64,000 bases of DNA from a virus. A model generated the notes under the pieces. It searched no databases. It was given only the letters and a program-made list of their open reading frames with translations, and was not told the origin of the DNA. The stretch is taken from positions 66,120 through 130,119 of IMG/VR virus record IMGVR_UViG_3300035204_001874; one strand, 5' to 3'. Below are positions 19,701 to 31,700 of this stretch, piece by piece; within the stretch, counting starts at the first letter, position 1, and every line of letters begins with the position of its first letter. The position numbers and the translations under genes are program-made.

Positions 19701-22700
19701 CTGGGGCGAGGTTCGATTTCCCTGACCGAATGCTCCTCCAGCGGGTGGAGCTCCTCCCATTTGGCGCATTTGATATTGAACTTGCTGCCTTTGGGCTGGA
19801 GACATATTATCCCATGCTTGATTTATGCGTGCCATAGCTTGCCTGTTCATGCCGCCACCCACTCCGCCAGTCATGCCAGCTATCATGCCTCTCGGAGTGC
19901 CAGCTACGCCCATTTCGCTTATGTTAACGACGTGTACTGGCATCGCTTTCCCAATAGGGTTCAAATTTACTTTTCCACCAGGTTCCAGCTTTACTGTTTT
20001 AGCTTGAATTCCACCTTCCTCAGTTTTGGGGCCAACTTTCCCTGTCCGAATGTCGGCCATTTTTTCTTTCGAAGTCTTTTCAGTCTTGGTGTTCTTTGCT
20101 TTTTCTTTTGCTGCATCAATCCGTAGTTCAAACTCTTCTTTTGCGAGTTTTTCAGCTTTGGTTACTTCCGTTATGGCTGTCATGCCTTTTTTACCCGCCA
20201 TGGCGATATTAACCTTTAAGATGTCTCTCAAGAGACTAGCAATGATTCGATCTCCTGTACTCAGACCACCTTTGGATATCATTGCTGAATACATCCCCAT
20301 TTTTTCCTGTGCGCCTCTGGCAGCGAAAGCTTTTTGTTTGGTGTGCTCAGTTGTTACTCCGGCTATCCCACCAACAACGGCCCCTATTAAGGTTCCCCAC
20401 CCTGGCAGAAGCATAGTTCCAATACCAGCACCTACTGCTGCTCCTGTTAAACCTGCTGTGCCCATGCTCCTCTTTGTGTCTGTCGATCCGGTAAATATTG
20501 CGCTCATGGCTCTACCGAATCCACCTTGTACGGGGCCAAGCTCTTGTCTTCTCTGCGAGAGATTTCGCATTCGTTCCATGTGCCCTTCAGATCCCTGGAA
20601 TCCGATAACTCCGAGAACTCCCGCCCCCACAGCGGCTTTCGTATAGCTTTTTGAAGCCTCGAATCCCGCCTTGAGTCCTTGCATACCGCGAGCTCCGTCC
20701 TTTAAGGCTTTTGTGCCGAGAAAGCCAGCCCTACCTACTGTACCGTATGCGGCCCCCGCCCCACCAGTAAGTGCGCTAAATCCTATGTTGATAGCGTCTA
20801 CCACGCCAAAATCTTGGTGTTCCAATCCCTTAAAAAGTTCGTCGCTATCAAGTAAGTCTTTAATATTTTCTTTTTGTTTTTCGTCCTTACCTTTGGTAAA
20901 GCCCATCATTTCCATTTGCTGTTTAACATTGAAACCTCCACCTCCAGCAAGAGGGACAGGTAAGCCTGTCTCGGGGTCAACTTTTGGAGGCGACATTGGC
21001 GGCGTTAACCCACCACTAAATTTTGCTTGTAGAGGCCCACTAGCATCAATTCCTTCAAGTCCTGCCACATTGGCACCATTTATAATCACGTTAGCGTTGC
21101 TAGTCATGATGTTTGCCGCAGCTACATCCAATGAAGCATCACCCACTGATATATCTCCAGTTGTTGCGGCGGCTGTATCACCCGCTGCAACTCCTTCGGG
21201 TGCCCCGTCAGCTTCAGCGGGAGTTACTTTTTGGGGAGTTACTTTTTGGGTACTTGCATCATGTAATTTCTTTCCGCCCCAGATAAGGCCACCGACTGCC
21301 GCGACTATCAAACCAATTTTTGTTTTAGACAATCCCTTAGCTGTAGCTTCAGCAGCCTCTCCACCCAACTTTCCACCCGTCTTTTCCAAAGCCTCCTTAG
21401 CTGTAGCTTCAGCAGCCTCTCCACCCAACTTTCCACCCGTCTTTTCCAAAGCCTTTTCGCCTGTTTCTCTACCTAGAGCTTTATTCACTCCTTCAGCTAC
21501 AGATGCTGACACGCCTTTTGCTAAGGTTTCATTCACCTTAGCCATGTTGCGTTTAAGTATTGCGTTCAGCAGTAATCCGCCGCCTACAAGGCCGCCACCG
21601 AACATGCCAGCCGCTTGCCAATTGACACCACTGCTATCCGGCATCTCCATTTGTTGATCTTCCAGACCTATATTCCTACCTTCAGATAGTTCGTAACCTG
21701 ATTGTAAAGCTATGGTATTTTCATTATGATCTTTTTTTCTTATTAGGGATTGCTGTCTTAAATCCAATTGTCCGGCTGCTTGCCCTCTTTGAAATCTAAG
21801 GTCTTTGCGTTGTCCTCTCAGCGTCTCAGCATCAGCGTGTCTTCCTTCAGCGTTAGCTTGCTCAATTTTAGCTGTGAGTTCAGATATTTCTCGGGTTAGC
21901 TCTGGAACTTTAACCGTTACCTTGGTTGCGTCCGTTCGGCTTTTTGCAACTTCTACCGCTCTCGATTCTCCAAACCTGCCTGTTCTAAGCGCGGACTCAA
22001 TTGATTTGAATTCATCCGGCGTAAGGCTTACGTTCTTTCTGTCCATTTTATCAACCATGTTGGCCATCATCGTATCAAGTGATGCAGCATCACCAGTTTC
22101 AATGGCGGCTAAGGCGGCAGCTTTTTTAGCGGCAGCGTCGGCTGCGCGATCAGCGGGATCAGCAATTGTGTCGTCCACAAACGTTCCTTTTTGTTCAGCC
22201 ATGATAACCAACTCAGCGGCAGCCGTTCTTTTTTGTTCGAGTTGTTGCAGGGCTTCAGATTCTCCTTTTTGATCTCTGATAGCTTGATTTAATACGTCGA
22301 GACGAGACAAAAGTTGGGTTGTTTGATTTCGGATTTCGGTACTGAAGTTATCGTTTAATGGATCGAACTCGTTCTCCATGTCTTGACCGATTACATTTAT
22401 ACCTTGTTGCAACCTTCTATTAATTGCCGATAAGAACTTCATTGATTGCTCAATGTTGTTTGGCATATTCTCAAGTTTCAGCTTGGCTTCCATTTGGTGG
22501 GTTGCAACTGTCTTGGCTCGGCCCCTTAATCCTTGCATTTCGCTAATCATGCCTTGTATAGCGACTTTTCCTTCCACGGTTCTCTCTCTGCCCTTTTTTC
22601 TTTGAAGGCTGGCTATATTTCTTTCAGCGAATCGTTCTATTCTTAGTTGGTTACCTTTGATTGCAAAATCTTGCATTTTCTTTCCTGCTGCGCCCATGCC

Positions 22701-25700
22701 TCCACCCACGGCATCTTGAACAGCCTTAGCTAAATCTCCCGCTGCCCTACCTTTTCTTATTGGGTCACTAGTTACGGTAAATCTTGTGGCCGCTCTTTGG
22801 ATGGTTCTTGTCTGTTCGCGCTCTTTCTTTCTGTCTGAGAAAGCGTCTGCGCCACCAGCAGCTTGTATAGCTCTATTAATTTCTAGTTGCTTTTTCTGTT
22901 CTATTAATTGCTTTAGGTGAATTTGGGTTTGTTTCGCGGTTTCCAAGCTCATCTTGCTAATTTGTTGAAGCATAGCCTCTTCAAGCTTGATTGATTCAGT
23001 GGCACCACCCGTTTCTTGGAACATTTGCAAAGCCATTGCTTCTGGTCCACCCTCTTTCAATACCCCAGCAATTTTATCAAAATTAAGGTCTCCAGATTGG
23101 CGGAGATTGGTAATTTCTCTTATCATCTCAGCATCACCTGAGGCTTGAGCATCTGCCATCGCTTCGTCTAGTGCCGCGTTAGCAAAAGCGTCACTCATAG
23201 CCTTATTCATCTCTCTTGGACCCCAACCTTCGGCTGCTGCTTGTTTTTGGATTCGTCCAGTGGTATCCATTGCAATTTTTTTGGCTTTCATTACAGCTTC
23301 ATTAGCAACAACGCCTCCCCTTGTCCCAGTCCTTGTGGATTCTGCTGCGCCTAACAAGCCTTGCGTTATGAAGTTGGCGAATTGCCCTTGAGCCTCCGCT
23401 CTTGCGCCAGCCATATCTACACCAGCCTTTTCCAAAATTTCATTCATCTTGGCTGAACCCTCGGCGGCCTGTATGGTGCCTTCGCCAGTCGTTAACGCTG
23501 CGGTTTGGACCTCGGCCCTGAAGGCTTCCCTTCCAACGTCTCCCATTAATCTGCCACTCATTACGGTTCGGGCTTCCCCAGGCACGTTGGTTACTTGGCC
23601 ACCAGCACCCATTATTGGTTGACCTTGCCTTGGACCACCCGGTATCGGTCCACCAAGAATGGGTTGGAAAACACCACGCGCTGTTCGGCCAGCCACACCT
23701 GTGCCCATCGCTGCTGCGTGCATACCTCCCGCAATTCGAGGGGTTTCTCTTCCAATTGTTATTCCTTGGCCGCCCGCGATGCCAAATGCGGCAGCTTTAT
23801 CGATGCCTCTTTGCTGCGCGAAAATCTTCCTTTCTACGCGGGCTTTCTGCAATTCACCTAGGCTTCCCACCATGTCTTGTATGGCTGAGTTTGCTGCTTG
23901 GGTAGCAGTTTTGAGCCGCTGCATTACATCAAGATTTTTTTCTCTAGAATGCGTTAATACGTCCATTAGCTCCTTATCTCTTTTCCTCTTGTCGGACGCT
24001 TCCTTAAGTTTCATCATGAAGACCTTCATGTCTTCTCCGCCCTTCTTAAGTTGCTCTGCAAACTCTTTGGTCATTACGCCTTGTCTTTGTAACGCAGATA
24101 CCGCAGCTTCTGCCCCAGAAGCTGTCGATAAGGTGGCCATGTTCAAGCCATCAAACTCACTGGTCATTTTATCTAGCTGTTCAGGCTCCAAGTTAGTGGT
24201 GAAGTCTCTAACTGCGGTTCTAAAGTTCTCCTTCGTTTCTAATTCTTGAGCGTCTGTTTGATATCCGACAACCATACGTTTTGAGAACAATCCACTACCT
24301 CCTTCTGAGATTCCTCCGCCCCCGAAGAGAGACATTCCCCACCTGCCTTTAAGAGCTTTGAGATTAGCTTCAGCCATAGACATGGTTGATTCTGTTACGT
24401 TTTGTTTCCTTGATATTGTGTCTTGAGCTTGAGCAATCAGTTGTTGTCTCTGCTGTGGGTCAGCGGTAGCCGCCAATTCAGACTTAATCTCTCGTCCTTC
24501 TTCGGTGTCAGGTATAGCGTTTAAAGTATCCATTAACTTCTTGTTTAAAGCGTCAATGGTTCTAGTGGTAACAGTCGGGTCTCCGTAAGCGTCAGTAAGT
24601 TGGCCAAGTGTCTGAGAATATTCTGTTAAAGCAGAGGAAAGTTCTTGGAATTTTGCTTTATTTATTTCGGCTATCTTCCGCATATCCACAACCCCCATGA
24701 AACCGTCTATAGCGGCAGCACCAACAGAACCGATGCCGATCATTGCTGCGGCTGCCATGCCAGCGGGACCAGGCATCGCAGCCATTGCTTGCATAGCCAT
24801 AGTTGCGCCAGTGGTGACCCCCTCTAAAGCTTGTCTGGCATTGCTCTGTTCCTCTCCAAAAGCTAACCCAATTCCACCTTGCGCGAATCCTCCAAATTTC
24901 GCTGACGCTTGATACATCCGTCCAGATCGATCCTTCTCTGCCTGTAATTCCTTTTTCTCTTCGATTGCTGATTCAATTCTTGCTTTTTCACCCTCTTTAA
25001 CTTGATCGAAAGACTGCCCTTTTTCCATTCCAGCTTTGTATCTGTCTCGCGTTTCCTCTATTTGTTCTAGTTGTTCTTGGGCCGCTTGCGCTCCCTCTAT
25101 ATTGCCGATCCCTTCTTGTTCTTCGACTTGTTTCTTTTGGTCTGAGACTGCCTTCTCTAAAGATTCAATTGCGTTTTGTAGTTTTCTTTCGCCTTTTTCT
25201 CCATCTATTTCTTTAGTTTTAGCTTCTAGAGAAGCGTCAGTAAGGGCTTTGCTTGCTTTTGAGTTTTCCGCAAGTTCAGAGGTTAACTCTGCCACTTGTG
25301 CTTGTAGGTCTTCGAACGACATTCCTTCTGCTGTCTCTGCATCGCCACCCGTCGCCTCTAGTTTTCCGCTTATCTCTTCTTTTTTGGCTTCGAGAGTTTC
25401 AGTTAGATTGCCCTTTCCTGAATCCTTCATAAAGGTTGCGGCTTCTTCTTGTTTTTTCGCAAATTCCTCTTCTGAAAGTTCACCCCTTTCTCCTGAAATG
25501 ACGACCTCTATTATCTTCTTCTCTTTTTCTAACTCTGCTGCTTTTGAGACTCTGGTTGCCATTTCGCTCTTGGCGGCTTGAAGGCTTTCTCTTGTTTCTT
25601 CGGTCTTTGACTTCGCTTGAATTTGCTTTGCAAGAAATGATTTTTTCTCGTCCTTGTCTTTGGCTCGCTTTTCAGCTTCTGATCTGGATATTTTTGGGCC

Positions 25701-28700
25701 AGCTTCAATAGTTTTAACTTTTTCTTTAGCGGCTTCTTCTTTCTTGGTATCGCCCGCTTCTTCTGCATCTGACTGTTCTTTTTTGGCGGCTGCAAGACTA
25801 GCTTCGTCAGCTACTGTCTCTGCTTGTAATTTATCTGCTAGTGCCGTCTCAAAAGCTTTAGTATCCATTACTTGTTGCCCTTGCTTAGATGCAGCTATTT
25901 CATCTATATTTTTTAATTCCCCTTCATCAAAAGTTCCTGACTTAATTATATTTTCGCTAAACTCCTTAGCGGCTTTAGTCATTATGTTTTTGTTTTTATC
26001 TTCAGATTCAGCCAAGAACTTCATTCCTTGGGAAGCGAGAGCGATATCTTTGTCTAGACTGTCAAACTTGTCCTTTGTCATGTCCATGCTCTGCATGAGC
26101 CCGAGGACAATGGAAAATTGCGCTTGCATTTCCATAAGGTTGCCACTAGCGAAATTCGGAACATCTTTGCCAGACTTAGAGCCGATACCTCCAGTAAAAT
26201 TAGGAGTATAACCTTGAGCCATTCCCTGCTTCCAAAACGAAGAACTTGAGGGGGTCATGCTTGCGCCATGCACACTCTTTATGCCTCCCAAAGCTGACGT
26301 TGGAGAAGAGTGAAAACCTTCATCTATAGTGTTGGTAACAAAAGCCCCGAAGTTAGGAACGCTTCCTTTTGCCATCGTGTGCAATTGAATCTTGCTTGAT
26401 GGATTAGGAACCCCTCTTGACGCTAGAGCGGAAGTTTCTCTTTTTATTGCTGCTGATGCACCAGGGATGTCTCTGGAAGCGGACAAGGCTTGACCAGAAG
26501 AAAAGGTCTTTGCAAAGTTCGGAATGAAACCTCTCGCTGCTGCGTCCTTTGAGGGAACAGTTAAATCTGGACCGTCTGACTCGGGGAGTACCTCTGGTAA
26601 ATCTTTCGCTTCAGAACCTCCCAGCGTTTCCGCCATCGTTTCTGCGCCTTTCTCCATCTTAAATCTATGCCCTTGATCTTTCCCTTCAGTCTTGGCTCTC
26701 TCAATACCTTCCTCATACTTATCTTCCCCCGAAATAAGGCTGCTTTGTCCCGATATTCTTTCAAAACCTATTTTGCGCCAACGTTCAGCTATTTCGTATG
26801 CAATACCGGAATCAATTTTACGTTTTACTCCTTCGACGCTTACGGTCTCAAATGGAGCTTTCATTCCTATTTCACCCGTCACTTCTTGAGCTTTTTTGAG
26901 AGCTTCATCCACCGATTCAAAACCAGCCTCATCTAGGGCTGCTTCTGTTGTTGTGCGTAGGTTTGCAACGTTTGTCACTATTTTATCAAAGTTTTCAATT
27001 CCCGCTTTTACCATTTTATTTGCGGGAGCTCCGCTAACTTCGAGATGACTTTCGTATAATTCGGGCCATTCACTAAAGCCAGCCCTTGCTTTTTGCCTTG
27101 TGCTCTCAGCTTGACCCATAAGCTTGATGTTTGCTGACTGTACTGCGCTATCCCTAAAGTGTTCGTCAACAACTGAATCTTTTATTTTTTCATTTTCGAA
27201 GAGCTTTGTGTTATGGAAAAGTCCTTCTGGTTTTCTCGCTTCTTCTGTTGACTCTTCGATTGATATGTCGCCATAAGTCTCCCGAAGAAGGAGCTCTGTA
27301 ACTTCTTTTCTCTTTTCGGTGTCTGTTTTTTCTGATTGTAATCGTTGAAGAAAACGAAGTCTTGCTCGATCAGTATCCTTCACTTTATCCGCGAATACCA
27401 AACCGTCTGCTGGAATGGAGGGGGCTGATACAGGAATTAATTTTGACGTAATGACCATACCCTCCGTTTTGGGAGGTTCGTCTATTGGTAATCCTGCTGA
27501 TGTTGGTTCTTCATCCTTCTCTAGTGGGCCAACTCCTGTATCAGCCCCCTCCTTTATGGAGCCATCTGTGTATTGTAATTTTAAATTAAAGCCCTCAAAA
27601 ACAGTATCTCTTGGACCGTCTTCTTTCCAAGCCGCACCGCCTTTTGCTAGTCTATCGGCGTTATCTAGGATTGTCAGTGGGTTATCTTCATCAGCTTCAT
27701 TATACTGAAATTGAAATGCAAATTTGTTTTCTTCCTCATCTTGGTAGGTCATTGCGGCTTTAATACCGAGTTTTTCGGGAAACGATCCAGAGTAAGATAC
27801 AAACTTATCCTCTTTTAAATTTCCAACCGGAGCATCTGGGTCTAGCGGTGGAACTATTGACTCTGGTGGTGGCACTGTTTCGCCAACTTCTTCGGCAACT
27901 TTTTCGGTAACTTCTTCTGCCTTTTCTTCTTCGCGCTTACCCCTAACGATGTCGAATAATTGTTTAGGTAGGTCACTTGAGTTACCGATCATATGGGATG
28001 CGGTTTCCCCAGCGGGGAAATACAGTGCTCTATCGAGTACACCAAGTTTGTCACCCCGATCGACAAGCACATGCTGCCAACGTTCATTCTTGTACACCCC
28101 AGCCTCTTCACCCTTGAGCCAACGCATTTGCTCGGTATAGCCGAACTTAGCCGCAGTTTCATCATTTATTGGCATCCAGTTTTCTCTCAGGAGCCCTGAG
28201 GCTGGAATTTCTGTAGGTATGACGGGTGGTTGCGGTCCCTCGTCTGCGGGTGGTTTTGTTTTGGGTCGATCCCTTAATACCGCTGGTGTTTCTTCATCTT
28301 TCAAGTATTTGCGTGATGCGGCATCGTCGTAATCCCAATAGCTAGGATTATTTAGTGCTTTGCCCTCCTTGGCGGCGTCTGGCCATCTAGTGCCCATTAG
28401 AGCCTTATCAAGCAAACTAACTGGACCATCCTCTTTCCACCTGTCTATCCTGCTTCCCCTGTCGGATTTTACCGGTTTCTTTACCGTATCTTTTATTTCT
28501 GTAGCCCCAGCGTCTCCCCTCACTTGATAAAATGCGTGGCTGTGAAGTTCAGGCTCGATAAGGGGAGACGCTGGGTTTTCTAGGTTGGAACCAGTGCCCT
28601 CAACTAATCCTACGCGCCAAAATCTATTAGCTTCGTCTTGGAACGTTTGGATTTGAGATATGCCACCAATTGGTTTCGGTAACTTGTACCATTTTGATTT

Positions 28701-31700
28701 TCCTTGAATTTTTCCAAATGGTGCTGGCGTGAGGTCAGCGGGTGGTACGCCAGCTTTGTCCATTGATCTGTCCTTAGTCGTCGGTGCGGGTGGCACCGCA
28801 TCAGGATCAACAACGTCAGCAGCAATCTTTTCTACTTTCTCTCTTGTCGCGGGAGGAACTTCAATTGGCAATGTTTGCGGCGTTGTTTCAAGCGGGACAA
28901 AATTTTTATCAGCTTCTTGTACTCTTTCGACGAATTTTATCGCATCGGTGGGGGGAAATGATTCCCCGCCAGCAAAACCACCACCAGGAGTTTCAAAGGC
29001 TTCTCTCACCGAAGGTCTATTTACTAATTTGGTACGCTGGTTGCTTACAACGCCTAAGGCGGCTAATTGATCTAGGTTTTCAACTTCACTAAAGTCATCT
29101 TGCATTATCTGGTCTTGCATATTTTTAAAAGTCTCAGACCAGTTTTCATTCTCAGTTTCAAATTTTACGTCGTTATATTCTATTCCATATCTATCAGCTA
29201 AAAACTTTAACGCTTGATCGTTCCATTGCTCTTCGGTTAATTCTAGCTTGCCTTGGTCCTGCTTTTGAGCCTCAAGCATTCCAGCATCCCTGAAGGTAAA
29301 AATATTTTCTAAATTGCTTCCTGGGTCTGGCAGTCGATCTCTCGATCCGTCTGAGTGCCAGCTTTCGTCAATGTGTTTATTTTGGAAATCGATATTTTCA
29401 CCAAGAATTGCTTCATCAAAATTTCCTTCATCAAGTATTTCATCACCCGCCTTCGTAATGCCGTCTCCGCCTAAAGTAACGTCGTGCCTCCATAACGTAT
29501 CTCTTCCATCTCTATATTGAGTCCACGCTACGATTCCAGCGTTATCGTGAAACGGATCACCCTGTTGAAGGTTTTGGACTTCTGGAGTTAAATCTCCGAT
29601 TGGCCCTTTTTCACTTATCTGTTTCAGGTCAACTTCTTTCTGGTGTTTGGCGATGTCTGTTACTTTTACGTCTTCTCCTTTGGGTACTGCGCCTGGTGGG
29701 TATTCAGGTGGCGGTAGGAGTACATTCTCTGCTTGTTCGGCCTGTTCTGTCGTCGTGACAATATCCGCAGCGGCTTGGATTGCCTCCTCCGTTTTCTCAG
29801 TGGTTCCCATTGGAGGCTGTACTACTGTTGGCTGACTTACTCCTGAGTAGATTTCGGGATATTTGTTTACGATTGCGAGATACTCCTGAGGAGTCATCAT
29901 TTCAGTCCCGTCCGCAAGCACCTCTTCGTACTCTTCTATGACTTTTTGCCTTTGCGTATGCGCCCATGACAATTCAAGTAACTGTTTAGCTGCGTCGCTA
30001 TCCTCTCTCATCCAGTTTGGGTTAACCTGTTTAAACAATTCAAAATCAGGCGCACCCGAACTAACAATGTTTTTATTTTCTCGATCAATTTGTTCTTGAA
30101 CACTGATCGTACGTTCGTCCTCTAGAGCTTTAGCTTCTTCAGTCGCGAAGTTGGGAATACCCCCCTTGAATTTTACAAACTCAGGAATGTGTCCTTGGAA
30201 TTTTACAAACTCAGGAATATGGCCATCAAATTTAAGACTAGCGGACATCCGCTGCTCCAGCGTTTGCCATGCCTTGTTTCCTACTGGCGTGCCTCGGGGT
30301 GGCATAATCGCAAAATCTGAATCAGGCACAAATCCAGCATTTTTAAATTGTTGTTTTGTAATGATCTCTTCTTTTGTGTTGTAGGCAAAGTCTTGAATTG
30401 TTCCGCCTAAGCTACCCCTGCCAAATCGGACATCTTCATTTGTAATATTTTGGCCATATAATTGAGAGGCCATCTTTGCCTCTGGATGGAGGAAGTTTGG
30501 AATGAAACCGTCAGCTTTTGTTTCTTCGACAAACGGAGAAAGGAACTGAATATGGGTTTGGAGTTGTTCTCGGACACTTGTGAGTGCCTTTACTCGCGTA
30601 TCTAGATTGGACTCTTCTATGAGCACCTGAAGCTTTTTTCTTGTCTCGCCAAACACCGCTGTGCTTCGCATGTCTATTTTATTACTGGCAGTAATACCTT
30701 CCTCACTCATAGGAGGATGTACTGGGGTTTCTGAATCAAAGTTCGGAACGAAACCAGCAGCTTTGTCTTCGCCTTTGAAAAGGTCTTGAACCGCTTTGAT
30801 TTTTTCGTCAAGCCATTCAGCAACGGCTTTATCTTCTTCTGTGGTTTTTTCAAATGGGCCTTCTTTCCCTTCGGTTGATCCCAAATCAAAGCCTAAAATT
30901 CTAAAGTTTGGAACGTCTTTGCTTGTATCGTACCCTTTTTTCCAGTTGAAGTTCGGAACGTGACCGTCAGCCTTAAACTTTTCTTTTACGTACTCCCCAA
31001 CTGCCCCCACTCCAGAGCCCGCGAGTTTCGTTAACTCCTCAAAGTCGTCTTTGCTATACTCCAATCCAGCGGCGACAGGGAGAGCGAACATCATCGCGGC
31101 CCCCTTCACGCCTTCCCCAAGAAGCTCCAGAGTCGGGCTTTCCTTTACGTCAAAGAACTTTTCAATTCCAGTTGGTTCCTGCTTCCTTCTTCTGAAGTTC
31201 GGAACGAAACCAGTAGCTTTGTCTTCGCCTCCGAGGAGTTCGTTAATCCATTTAGCGACGCCTTCTTCGCCTTCTGTAGATTCGTTGCTTTTATCCCACC
31301 AGTCTTGAATTACGTCTGGATCGGTAGACGACCCCAAATCAAGGCCGAGAATACTAAAGTTTGGAACGTCTTTGCTTGTGTCGTATCCTTTTTCCCAGTT
31401 GAAGTTCGGAACGTGACCTTTGCTATACAACATGTCCTGTGGTAGAGGCGTTGTCTCTGCTACCGTTTCGAATTTTTTGTTTCGTTTGCTTTCGGCGTGA
31501 GCTTCTTCAGCTTCTCCCCAACCTCTAAGCAGGTCTTGTTTGTCTAATGCTTCAATTTTTTGTCGTTTACCTTCGGCGTCAAGGTCTTTAGCTTCGAGCC
31601 AGTCTAGAGTTAAATTGTGTTGCTCGATTTCTTCACTTCTTTCGCGTCTCTTCGTTTCCTTTTCTTCTTCTGCCGCTTTCCTTTTTCGTCTTCCTTCTAA

